A stretch of 64,000 bases of DNA, the filler included, from Candidatus Babelota bacterium (lineage in GTDB: Bacteria; JAGOBX01): NCBI GenBank assembly GCA_017999075.1. It is 13 parts of 13 records of this genome, joined end to end, with 100 filler letters (N's around TTAATTAATTAA, not from the genome) between each part and the next. Parts side by side here need not be neighbours in the genome. Positions count along the whole stretch, not along the records: positions 22,093 to 33,414 come from JAGOBX010000068.1; positions 33,515 to 44,835 come from JAGOBX010000069.1; 11 more parts are not named here. One strand, 5' to 3'. The position numbers and the translations under genes are program-made. Shown here piece by piece: positions 29,614-39,020 of this stretch. Below the pieces are notes generated by a model, which had not been told where the DNA came from, did not search any database, and saw nothing but the letters and a program-made list of their open reading frames with translations. Each line of letters opens with the position of its first letter. The first letter of the stretch is position 1.

Positions 29614-31479
29614 CTATGCCTTCTCCGGCTGCCACATAACTAATTTATTATTTTCGTCAAAGACTGCTTTTGCGCTTTTATACCAGCGGTCCATAATAGA
29701 ATATTCTGTTTTTACTTTTACATCAGGACACACCTTGCGCATTGAATTTATCATTATTTCACTTATGCGCTCAGCTTCATAACTGTAATCAGAATTTAGA
29801 GGCAATTCAATGATAGCTTCGTCGTGAACAAATGCCGCTGTCCGGTAATTATTTTTTGTAAGATTATACAACGCAATTTTTGCGCCGTCAGCGGCTAATC
29901 CCTGAAATTGCGTGTTTTTATAATCGCAATAATTCATGTTTGAACGCAATCTGCCTGTAAGCGTTACTGCCTGTTTTTTGTCTTCCGCGATAAATTTTTT
30001 CATTTCAGGAAACGCGGTTAACCAGATTTTTTTTAGTTCAGCGCAGCGTTCAATTTTCAAAGCAATATTGTGTTCGATTAAAAGATTTCTCTGGAATGCA
30101 GTAATTCCCATTCCGCCGGGAAAACCAAAATTACAAGCCTTTGCAGTCCGTCTTTCTTCATCTGAAATATTATTTACAGGTTTATCATAAATCTTTGAAG
30201 CAAACCATTTATGCAGATCAATATCGTTATTAATCAATTCGCGCATAACAGATATTTTGTAATTTGTATAACATATCTGCGCAAGCGCAACAAGTTCAAG
30301 CTGACAATAATCTATGGAAATAAAAATATTCCCCGGAGAAGGAATAAAACATTCCCTAACTTTGCCTGAGCGCGGCAGATTTTGAAGATTAGGTTTAGAG
30401 CATGAACTTCTGCCTGTTACTTTCAGAAGATCATAATAAGCAAATATTTTTTCCTTATCAAGTTTACGGATAAAAGTTGATAGAAGTTGCTCATTTTTTT
30501 TATAAACTAAAAAACATTTTATAAATGGAATGTATGCAAATTTTTTTAAATCATCAGCACTTTGTGATTTGAATTTTGTTTTTTCAGTTTCAGAAATAAT
30601 AATATTATGTTCTGATTCAATTTTTCTTATAATCGAATCATATATTTTTGTGCTGCCTGGAATGGAAGTATTATAACCAAATGCTTTTAAGTCGCTAACA
30701 GTTTTTTGTTTTTCGTCATCGAGAAGTTTCTCAATTTTTTTTACATAATCTAAATCAACGCAAATACCATTAAGCATTATTTTACCCAGTGCATAATCGC
30801 CCATAATCTGAATTTTATGAGTTAAATGTCCGTATTCATTTGATAATCTAAATTCTTTCATTATATTTTCGCAATCTTCTATTAATTTTTTTGTAACGAA
30901 AAAGGAGGAAATACTGTCTTTTACAGCGTATTCAATGTAATAGTCAGGAATATTTTCGTATCTTATTGTTTTGTCTGAATTCATAAATTGTCCAAAATTT
31001 GTGCGAACATCCAAACCCTCTACATCAAAAATATTTTTTTCAAGTTTTATACCTAATATTTTTTCGCTGAGCAGCGCAAGATTATATTTTGCCGGCACAA
31101 TTCCTGATTCTGCAATTCCTTTTAACCTGAACAATATGCCCGGATCAATAATATTACCGTTTTCTATTTGCTGATTAAGTTTAAGCCCGGTAATTTTTTC
31201 AATTACCATAATATCGAATTTCGCGTTCATAATATAAAATGTTGATAAATTATGAATTTGCGTAAATTCCTTCATATTTTCACGATAAATGATGTATGCC
31301 ATTTTTCCATTAAATACAGTTCCAAGAATCAATTCTGGTACTTCGCCTTCGTGTATTTCTTCTGTTTCAGTATCTAATCCAATTTCATCGCCAATATTAC
31401 CTGTTTCAGAAGTCCATATATCAAGACTGTATTTAATTTCGTTAAACTCAATTTCATTTTTAATTTTCAAAATAAACAT
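29614..31479 (-). CDS. family A DNA polymerase with 3'-5' exonuclease and no 5' nuclease (phage/MGE type)
   Basis: DTET, NAKFD, YAVKD exo motifs; TGRSSCSKPNLQN, DYCQLE (A), RRTAKACNFGFPGG (B), FVHDE (C). Confidence 0.93.
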   Translation of the reverse strand: MFILKIKNEIEFNEIKYSLDIWTSETGNIGDEIGLDTETEEIHEGEVPELILGTVFNGKMAYIIYRENMKEFTQIHNLSTFYIMNAKFDIMVIEKITGLKLNQQIENGNIIDPGILFRLKGIAESGIVPAKYNLALLSEKILGIKLEKNIFDVEGLDVRTNFGQFMNSDKTIRYENIPDYYIEYAVKDSISSFFVTKKLIEDCENIMKEFRLSNEYGHLTHKIQIMGDYALGKIMLNGICVDLDYVKKIEKLLDDEKQKTVSDLKAFGYNTSIPGSTKIYDSIIRKIESEHNIIISETEKTKFKSQSADDLKKFAYIPFIKCFLVYKKNEQLLSTFIRKLDKEKIFAYYDLLKVTGRSSCSKPNLQNLPRSGKVRECFIPSPGNIFISIDYCQLELVALAQICYTNYKISVMRELINNDIDLHKWFASKIYDKPVNNISDEERRTAKACNFGFPGGMGITAFQRNLLIEHNIALKIERCAELKKIWLTAFPEMKKFIAEDKKQAVTLTGRLRSNMNYCDYKNTQFQGLAADGAKIALYNLTKNNYRTAAFVHDEAIIELPLNSDYSYEAERISEIMINSMRKVCPDVKVKTEYSIMDRWYKSAKAVFDENNKLVMWQPEKA

Positions 31480-31602
31480 CTCCTTTTAAAAAGTTCCACT
31501 TTTTAAAAATTCACTGAAACACTGTATTTTATAGGTATTTCAGTAATGAAAAAAATATTTTCACCGCAAAAGCAAGAATATTTTTGATAAGATACTAAGA
31601 TA

Positions 31603-32028
31603 CTAATTTAAAAAATTTAAATTTGATGCTATGCCTTTAAGATTTGACACTTTTATTTTAATTGGCTGATCTATTTTTTCGCAAACAGCTTTTCTTATTG
31701 AATCATTTACTGACTGCTTATCGTTTAAATCTACTGGGATAATGGCAACAGCTATTTTTGACAGCATTGCAGGTATCGCGCAAGGATTATATTTATCCAT
31801 TAGGACAATGATTGGTATATCAGAAACGACTGCCGCTCCAATTGCAGTTCCAATAGATGAAATTAAATCATTATCATTAATATGATTTGCTAATAAAACG
31901 CATACCGTTATATACTTTTCATAAATTCCTATTGCAACATTAGTATATGATTCTTTTAATAAATTTTTTTCTTCTGATATCGCTTTTTTTAAATTAAATT
32001 TCTCGAATCCCATACTGTTTTTCCTCAC
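31603..32028 (-). CDS. hypothetical protein, weak resemblance to a deoxyribosyltransferase-like fold
   Basis: 141-aa ORF with TAIGAAVVSDIPIIVL segment. Confidence 0.45.
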   Translation of the reverse strand: MRKNSMGFEKFNLKKAISEEKNLLKESYTNVAIGIYEKYITVCVLLANHINDNDLISSIGTAIGAAVVSDIPIIVLMDKYNPCAIPAMLSKIAVAIIPVDLNDKQSVNDSIRKAVCEKIDQPIKIKVSNLKGIASNLNFLN

Positions 32029-32380
32029 CTATTCTGTTATTATTTACAATTTTTATTTGCTGAAAGTTGCATTTAAAAAAAATATTGCGTTAACCAATTT
32101 ATTATCAAAAGTTAAAACCCGAAATCTGTTTAAAAAAACACATAACATTTTTCGGGTTCAATAAATATTTTAAAAATAATTTTTTTTATTTGCACCTTTT
32201 CAATCCTGAAATTTGTATATATAGATAGATGCAATGAAATAATATTGTTTACATATTTTAGGCGTTGCATTTAAATAAAACGCCTGGCTGAATAAAATTT
32301 TATGTTAACTTTTTAGTAGCGTTTTATACAGATGCAGAAAACAATTAATTCTGCAAATAAAATTACGAGGTGAAAATAAT

Positions 32381-33414
32381 ATGTTTGATTTTAAGGTTTA
32401 CAGAGGTTCAGATGAAATCGGCGGTACCTGCATTGAATTATATACCGAAAATACGCGAATACTTTTAGACTGCGGGCTGCCGCTGTTTGATAAATTCCGA
32501 AACCAGCTTGATACAAATATATTTAAAAAAGAAACTTTTGAAAATTTACGCGCTTCCGGTTTGCTGCCGGATATAAAAGGATTTTATCAAAATGAAGACA
32601 AATCAATTGATGCGGTTTTTATTTCGCATTCGCATATTGACCATTATGGAATGCTCAAGTATGTTAATTTTGAAATACCTGTTTATGTAAGCGATGGGAC
32701 GAAATCACAGATCGGTATAAACAGTATTTTCCTGAATGTTCCCTGCAATACGAAAAATTTTATTATTATAAATAATCAGGAAAAAGTAAAAATAAATGAA
32801 TTTATAATAACTCCGTATCTGATGGATCATTCAGCATTTGACGCATTCGGTTTTCTTGTTGAATGCGAAGGTAAACGATTATTCTATACAGGCGATTTCC
32901 GGGGCACAGGCAGAAAAGGAATTTTGACTGACCGGCTTATTAAATATCCGATAAAAAATCTTGATTATCTTTTCTGCGAAGGTTCGAATCTTACAAGGGA
33001 CGAACATCTTTATCCTGACGAACAATCTGTAGAAACTGAATTAGTTAAAGAATTCAATGAAAATCCTGACACTATGCATTACACAGTTATGTCGTCGCAG
33101 AATATCGACAGAATTGTTAGTTTTTACAGGGCCTGCCTCAAGACAGGCAAGACTTTTGTTATTGATTTATACACGGCTTTTATTCTTGATAAACTAAAAA
33201 CCGCAAATAATAAAATTCCGCAGATAAACTTTGATAAAATTAAAATTTATATTGCTGACAGGCATTATAAAAAAGTTAAAAAAACAAATAATAATTATAA
33301 TTTTATAAATAAATGTTTTCAAAATAGTATAAAACTCGATAAAGTCCGGGATATGGGCAATAACGTTTGTATGATTGTTCACGAAGATAAAGAGTTCTGG
33401 ATACTTAATAGAAA
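32381..33414 (+). CDS. MBL-fold RNase J-like (beta-CASP) hydrolase, 3' truncated
   Basis: EIGGTCIE, LDCG, SHSHIDHYG, DHSAFD, YTGDFR, CEGS, QNIDR. Confidence 0.85.
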
Positions 33415-33514
33415 NNNNNNNNNNNNNNNNNNNNNNNNNNNNNNNNNNNNNNNNNNNNTTAATTAATTAANNNNNNNNNNNNNNNNNNNNNNNNNNNNNN
33501 NNNNNNNNNNNNNN

Positions 33515-34746
33515 ATTTTTGAACTACCAAATTTTTTGAATATAATTAACGCAAGCGTTATAAGTTCAATCTGAGAATAATCGACTGCAAGCAATAAATA
33601 TCCTTCAGTCGGAATAAATACTTCGCGTGTTCTGCCTTTTCGCGGCAAATTTTGAACATTAGGTTTTGAGCAAGATGTTCTGCCAGTTGCTACGATCAAA
33701 CGATAATTTGGATAGACTTTTTTTATATTAAATTTATTCAGAAATGTATTTATTAATTTATTACATTTATGATATTCGATATATTCATAAATAAAATTCA
33801 AGTGAGTATATTCTTTCAATATATCTTCTTTTGCGGATTTATACTTGCCGGAAACTGTATTTGGTAAAAATATACTATGTGTTATTTCAATGTTGCGCAG
33901 AATTTTATCAAGAACCTTTTTATTATTTTTCTGTTTTGGATAATATTCGTATGTATTAAGAATTTTTAAATATTCCTGCTGATGTTGTTGAAGTTCATTA
34001 CAAACATTATCTACGAGTTCTGTATCTATACACATTCCGTTTTGAGAAATTTTATACAGTGCATAATCTCCCATTAATTGTATCTGATGAGTAAGTAAGC
34101 CGAATCGTGTAGGCAGTTTGAATTTTTTAATAATATCATCAGCTTCAAAAATTAACTTTTCTGCAAGGAAATAAGTCGCAATTGCATCGAGCAAAGCGTA
34201 TTGATAATATTGTTCAGGAATTCTTTCATAATCAACAGTCAGATCAGAATTTAAAAATTTTCCGAAATTTTTTCTAATTTCGTTACCTTCCTCATCAAGT
34301 TCTTTTTTAGGCAATTCAATATCAAGATATTCAAATGATAAATATCCTAAATTATACTGACCGTTAGGATGTCCGGCTTTTGCAATGCGAATAAGTCTAT
34401 ATAATATTGCAGTATCAATAATTCGGTGGTTTTCAATCAATTTATAAAACCGGAAGTTTGTCAACCTTTCAATGACGGCAATGTCAAATGCCGCATTATG
34501 AAAAAACCATATACAATTTTTATGCAATTCTACGAATTCGGATACAGATTCTCGTTTTAGCAAGTAAACTGTCTTGCCGTTAAAACAAGTGCCAATGACA
34601 TAATCAGGCGTTTGCCCCGGTTCAATAAGGGTTGTTTCTGTATCAATGCTGAAGGTATTATTAATGCAGATACAGCCGTCAATTATTAAGTCCCAGATTT
34701 TTGCTGGATATGTGTTGTCTCCAAATTTTACAGCATTACCATTCAT
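33515..34746 (-). CDS. second family A DNA polymerase, 3' truncated by contig end
   Basis: DTET, HNAAFD, YALLD, TGRTSCSKPNVQNLPR, VDYSQIEL. RBS GGAG before ATG 34746. Colinear with 29614-31479. Confidence 0.9.
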
Positions 34747-35650
34747 AATTTTCTCCTTTTTCAATTAATTTTGTAACAATATCCGTTGAGCTTATTGAGT
34801 TGACATTATTTTTAGAACTTGTCATTCTTTCCGAAGTATCTGAAAAAACTTCGGGTAATAATTGGTCGAACTTCGGATGAACTTCGGGTTTATAATCAGT
34901 TGATAATAATTGTGTTACGTTATTAGAAACGGTATTTTCCCGAAGTTCCCGAACATTCCGAGGTTTTTCGGCTCTATCGGCATTTATAATATTTTCAAAA
35001 TTTTTTTTACAATTTTTTTCATTATCACAGGAGTATAAATAATCTTCGGAAACTTCGGAAACTTCGGGTTCAACACCATAAGTGTTTATTTGTGAATGTG
35101 TTAAGTTTCCGAGGTTTATCCGAAGTTTCCGAGGTTCGTCTGCTTTTTCAGTAGAAACTTCGGGTGAATTTTCTGTCTTGCCAATATATTTATGATTATT
35201 CAATTTAGTCTGTTTAAATTTCCATTTATCACTGAATAATTTATTTTCTTCATCAGATAAATTAACAGCACCGAATAAATCCTGATTTTGTTTATCATTT
35301 GGAATACATATCAATGTATAAACTTTATCGTCAAAATTAAAATTGTGACCCAAATATTTTCTGAAAATTTTGCTTAAAGCAACACTTTTACCCGTACTTT
35401 TTGAATTACAAACTTGAGGTAATATTTTAAGTTCTTCAACAGCTGCTGCCCATTCCTTTGAAGTTTTAACTTGATTAAGATAATTTTCAAACAAGCATTT
35501 TATATCCTGCAATTCAGGGCTGAATTCTTCTACGCATTCTTGTTTATTTGTTAAAAAATCGTTAAATCCATTCGCTTCAAGTATTCTTCCTATAGTTCCA
35601 GCCCATTCATAAAAAGTGTGTCTGTTTTGATTAGTATAATTTGCTTGCAT
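34736..35650 (-). CDS. probable C-terminal part of the primase-helicase (split or frameshifted), with low-complexity tail
   Basis: Overlaps the upstream ORF by 20 nt. FYEWAGTIGRILEANGF..FLTN reads like a continuation of the helicase. The tail contains repeat-derived PEVS/KPR peptides. Confidence 0.6.
   Translation of the reverse strand: MQANYTNQNRHTFYEWAGTIGRILEANGFNDFLTNKQECVEEFSPELQDIKCLFENYLNQVKTSKEWAAAVEELKILPQVCNSKSTGKSVALSKIFRKYLGHNFNFDDKVYTLICIPNDKQNQDLFGAVNLSDEENKLFSDKWKFKQTKLNNHKYIGKTENSPEVSTEKADEPRKLRINLGNLTHSQINTYGVEPEVSEVSEDYLYSCDNEKNCKKNFENIINADRAEKPRNVRELRENTVSNNVTQLLSTDYKPEVHPKFDQLLPEVFSDTSERMTSSKNNVNSISSTDIVTKLIEKGENYEW
34829..35164. repeat. cluster of CCGA(A/G)GTT / AAC(T/C)TCGG octamer repeats, putative replication origin
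   Basis: About a dozen exact or near copies in groups of alternating orientation at 34846-34888, 34939-34965, 35044-35070, 35107-35136 and 35155-35164. Confidence 0.75.
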
Positions 35651-37433
35651 TACGCGCGACCTCCACTATCCCGAATAATTCGGCTAAAATATTTTTTCTA
35701 TTTTTCAATGTCCAATTTAATATATCATTGTGTTTAAAATTTCTTTCCGTTGCTTCGCCTTCAAAATATAGGTTTACTGTTATTGCCCTGTTTAATAAAT
35801 CCTGCGAAAATCTTGAATTGTTCATTGTAAAAATAAATATGCAATCGTTTGGGCGGCGGATTGGTTCATTTTTCCCGAGTTTTCTATAATTTAAAATTTG
35901 GTCTGTAATACTGCGTTCTAATATTGAACTTGAAATTTCCTGAGCGCGCGGATTTTTCGCATTATCTATTATTATAACACGCTGGTCCTGAACGAAGGTT
36001 GCTAACTGTTTTTCCATTTCTTCTTCGTCAGCATGATAAGAAATTGTAACTGGAATTCTATTGTCAGCAAGAATACCTGCAATTTTCGCGAGATAGGACT
36101 TGCCTAATTGCGATTGATTTGCGTTAAGTATCAAACAGGGTTTTCGCCCGCGCCAATTCTGCGGGAATAAAATTGTTAATAAAATAGCAATATAGTTAAC
36201 TCTATCCGCAGAAGTTTTAAAACAAAAATCATATAAAAGTTCGTTGATATAATATGTTGAATTTGAATATTTTATTTCTTCGCCGAAAACATAAATTTTT
36301 TGGTTTTTATTATATTTTTTTTTTAATATTGAAAAATCATAATCATACATGCAGTCATAAACAATACTTTCTATTGTTTCAAATTTTAATTTTTCAGTTG
36401 GCGATTTTAAGTAAGTTTGAGTAATTCCGCTGTCTAATAATTTCGAAAGTTTTAAAACACCGGATTTTGTTACTCTTACTTGAAAAAAATCAAAAATTTC
36501 TTCAAAGAACCATTGCTGATTTTGATTAGGGTCAAGAATAAATCCCTTATTATAATTTATGTAGTACAACAATTCGCCATATAAAAAAATATTATTATTT
36601 TCGTATAAAACTCCGGTAATTTTTTTTCGTAATTCTTCAATTGTTTCATTTAATTCGTCAAAAAAAATTTTGGGGCGTTTATTATTAGTATGTGGTAAGA
36701 TACTTTTAATTTCAGCAATGTAATCTGAAGAATAATTCAAATTTAAAATTAGTAAAAACAACTCTTCCAAAGTTATTCGTTTTTTTTGATTATCAACGCA
36801 ACCATCATAGCATATTGCATCAGAGTCATTTACTGAAAGTGTTGTTGTCGCGCCTGAATCATGAAACCGGCAGATACCTTTACCAGTGGATAAATTGCCA
36901 AAAAAATTTTCATAAATAAATCGAAAAGGCTTTATCTGATATGTATTTACAATTTTTGAAAGTTCTTTTATTGAATATTGTTTATTTTCTTTACGGGTTT
37001 GCCTTACAGTAAATTGATTATTAGTTTTTGTTGTGCCGACGACATAAGCAAATCCAAATTTATTGAGCGACGGTGTTGAAAAATATATTAGTGAAATTTT
37101 TTCATATAATTCTGTTAACTTTGATATATCTGACTGTCTTTTAATATCTTCATTCAGATATATAATTATTCCTAATCCGTCACCGTAATCTCGAATTTCA
37201 ACGCCCGGAATTGCGTTTGTATAATAATTTATTATTTCATGTTTCTGCAAGTTTGAATGAAAAATATTAAATTGCAGAATATACATTAATTTGTTTACAG
37301 ATTTAACCTGCTGGGTGTCGTTTAAAATAAGTGGCAGTGAATTAACAGCAATATTATTAATTCCTGTTTCTGCCAAATCAAAATGTTGAATATTGTTTTG
37401 ATTTACTATTGTTTGTAATAATGTATTTCCCAT
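35631..37433 (-). CDS. primase-helicase-like replication protein
   Basis: CHC2-like Zn finger CRFHD...CYDGC. P-loop ANQSQLGKS, Walker B IIIDN, FTMNN, Arg finger DLLNR. Confidence 0.7.
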   Translation of the reverse strand: MGNTLLQTIVNQNNIQHFDLAETGINNIAVNSLPLILNDTQQVKSVNKLMYILQFNIFHSNLQKHEIINYYTNAIPGVEIRDYGDGLGIIIYLNEDIKRQSDISKLTELYEKISLIYFSTPSLNKFGFAYVVGTTKTNNQFTVRQTRKENKQYSIKELSKIVNTYQIKPFRFIYENFFGNLSTGKGICRFHDSGATTTLSVNDSDAICYDGCVDNQKKRITLEELFLLILNLNYSSDYIAEIKSILPHTNNKRPKIFFDELNETIEELRKKITGVLYENNNIFLYGELLYYINYNKGFILDPNQNQQWFFEEIFDFFQVRVTKSGVLKLSKLLDSGITQTYLKSPTEKLKFETIESIVYDCMYDYDFSILKKKYNKNQKIYVFGEEIKYSNSTYYINELLYDFCFKTSADRVNYIAILLTILFPQNWRGRKPCLILNANQSQLGKSYLAKIAGILADNRIPVTISYHADEEEMEKQLATFVQDQRVIIIDNAKNPRAQEISSSILERSITDQILNYRKLGKNEPIRRPNDCIFIFTMNNSRFSQDLLNRAITVNLYFEGEATERNFKHNDILNWTLKNRKNILAELFGIVEVARNASKLY

Positions 37434-37506
37434 TTCCTTTTCCTTTAAATTATTAATAAATAATTGTCATCATTCGTATATTTACAAAAAAATCGTTTTT
37501 ATGAAA

Positions 37507-37944
37507 TCAATTTTGCGTTGCTATTATTTTAGTGACTTCATTTTTTGTCTTATTAAAATAAAAAACAAGCAAATCAGTAATAGCAGCATTGAATTCCTCT
37601 GTATTATTAGCGTTACTAATTTTATACAAATCCTGCTTGTTACACATATAAAAAGTTAATTTGCCAAAAAATAATCCTATAATTAATACTGCTTTATCAG
37701 GCTGACCAATCAAACACATTATATTCCCGCAACCGTCATTTGTTGTAGCGCAAGTTGAAAATCCTATCTTCGATAGTTCCTCGCGAAAATAATCAATCCG
37801 ACTTTTACTTGATATTCCATAAAGTTTTTTTCCGATTTCAAGAATATTGTGAATATCTTCGTGACTAATATCTGTATATCTGCTGTTATTATTAGTATTT
37901 TCATTTAATTTCATATCTAAATTTCCCCCTCGAAAATATTTCAT
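37507..37944 (-). CDS. hypothetical protein
   Basis: ORF in the co-directional cluster. An alternative start at 37914 has RBS GAGGGGG. Confidence 0.6.
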   Translation of the reverse strand: MKYFRGGNLDMKLNENTNNNSRYTDISHEDIHNILEIGKKLYGISSKSRIDYFREELSKIGFSTCATTNDGCGNIMCLIGQPDKAVLIIGLFFGKLTFYMCNKQDLYKISNANNTEEFNAAITDLLVFYFNKTKNEVTKIIATQN

Positions 37945-38019
37945 AACAAAATTTTTTTTTCTGATAACTTATTACTTAACTTGTATTTAGCATAATAATA
38001 AACCTTCCTAAAATATTTT

Positions 38020-38256
38020 TTATTTTGTTTCTTTTGCTAATTTTCTTGCAAAAGAAAAGTATTTCAGATAATCCTGAATGTTAGTCTTACTGCCTAAAAG
38101 AAAATCATTCCGGCATTTTTCAACTTTTAGGTTGTTTTCAAAAACAAAAAAAACCTTCCCGATATTATTATTACAATAATGCTTTTTTAATTTAAAACCG
38201 CGCGCTAATAAAAATGCCGTTTCTGGTAAATTGGTTGTTTCATATTCTTGTTTCAT
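38020..38256 (-). CDS. DUF5659-like small protein
   Basis: YETTNL..AFLLARGFKL...KVFFVF pattern, typical of small MGE proteins near primases. Confidence 0.65.
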   Translation of the reverse strand: MKQEYETTNLPETAFLLARGFKLKKHYCNNNIGKVFFVFENNLKVEKCRNDFLLGSKTNIQDYLKYFSFARKLAKETK

Positions 38257-38293
38257 GTTTACGTCACCCTTTTGTAAAAATTTGAATACTTTA

Positions 38294-38683
38294 TTAGTCT
38301 AAAATAGGCGCTAAATATCCTGCCAAACCTGTTTTATCTGCCCATTCTTCGAGATTAAATTCAAATTCAACCAAATTTGAGTTTCCGTTAAGAGCTGCAA
38401 TAAAATCAAATTTAAATTGTTGATATAAAATTGCTGCAGGTTTTTTTTTCAACAGCATTTTCAAAATTGATAATGCAGCGTCAGATGGACCCGAACCACA
38501 ATATCCGTAGTTCATTCCCGTCGGAGAATGAGATTTAATATGTTTAACCGGTTTTGAATTCAAAAAGAAAAACACTTTTCCTTTTATGTCTCTATATGCG
38601 ACAACTTTTTGATTTGCAGGATTTGTGGGATATAAATTCATTCCCTTTAATACATTGTTTCTGATTTTAATTTCATTTTCCAT
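38294..38683 (-). CDS. DUF6166-like protein
   Basis: HSPTGMNYGYCGSGPSDAALSIL and YQQFKFDFIA. Confidence 0.7.
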   Translation of the reverse strand: MENEIKIRNNVLKGMNLYPTNPANQKVVAYRDIKGKVFFFLNSKPVKHIKSHSPTGMNYGYCGSGPSDAALSILKMLLKKKPAAILYQQFKFDFIAALNGNSNLVEFEFNLEEWADKTGLAGYLAPILD

Positions 38684-39020
38684 TTTAAATCACCCCTTTT
38701 AATTTTGAATTGCTTTGAAATTGCAATTCGTTTTTTCTTATCTGCATATAATATATTGTATATATACTGGTTTGTCGAGAAACTGTTTTAATCAGTAACT
38801 TGAATTAGTAATTGACTTAAACAAATATATGAAATGTATAGAATAATTGAATGATTTAATGTTTTTTGAGAAGAAAAAAAAGTGGTTTGAATTAGTATCT
38901 TAGATAGCAAATTAGTAACTGAAATATCAAAAAAGTGATTGGGTTATTAGTTTAGAGTTGAAATTTAAATAAAAAAAGGTTTTATTGATGCCTGAATTCT
39001 TTTATCAGCAAGGATAAAAT

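Noticed and set aside
29614-31479. Housekeeping polA or the Z-genome polymerase DpoZ
   Set aside because: It lacks the 5' nuclease domain and has an atypical motif B; no purZ-like gene is nearby.
32381-34746. RNase J-like gene convergent with the second PolA as one locus or a 22-kb island
   Set aside because: The genes are separated by a linker. The two contigs (11322 and 11321 nt) appear adjacent only through length-based ordering.
34829-35164. CRISPR array or protein-level tandem repeat
   Set aside because: The units are only 8-10 nt and occur in both orientations.
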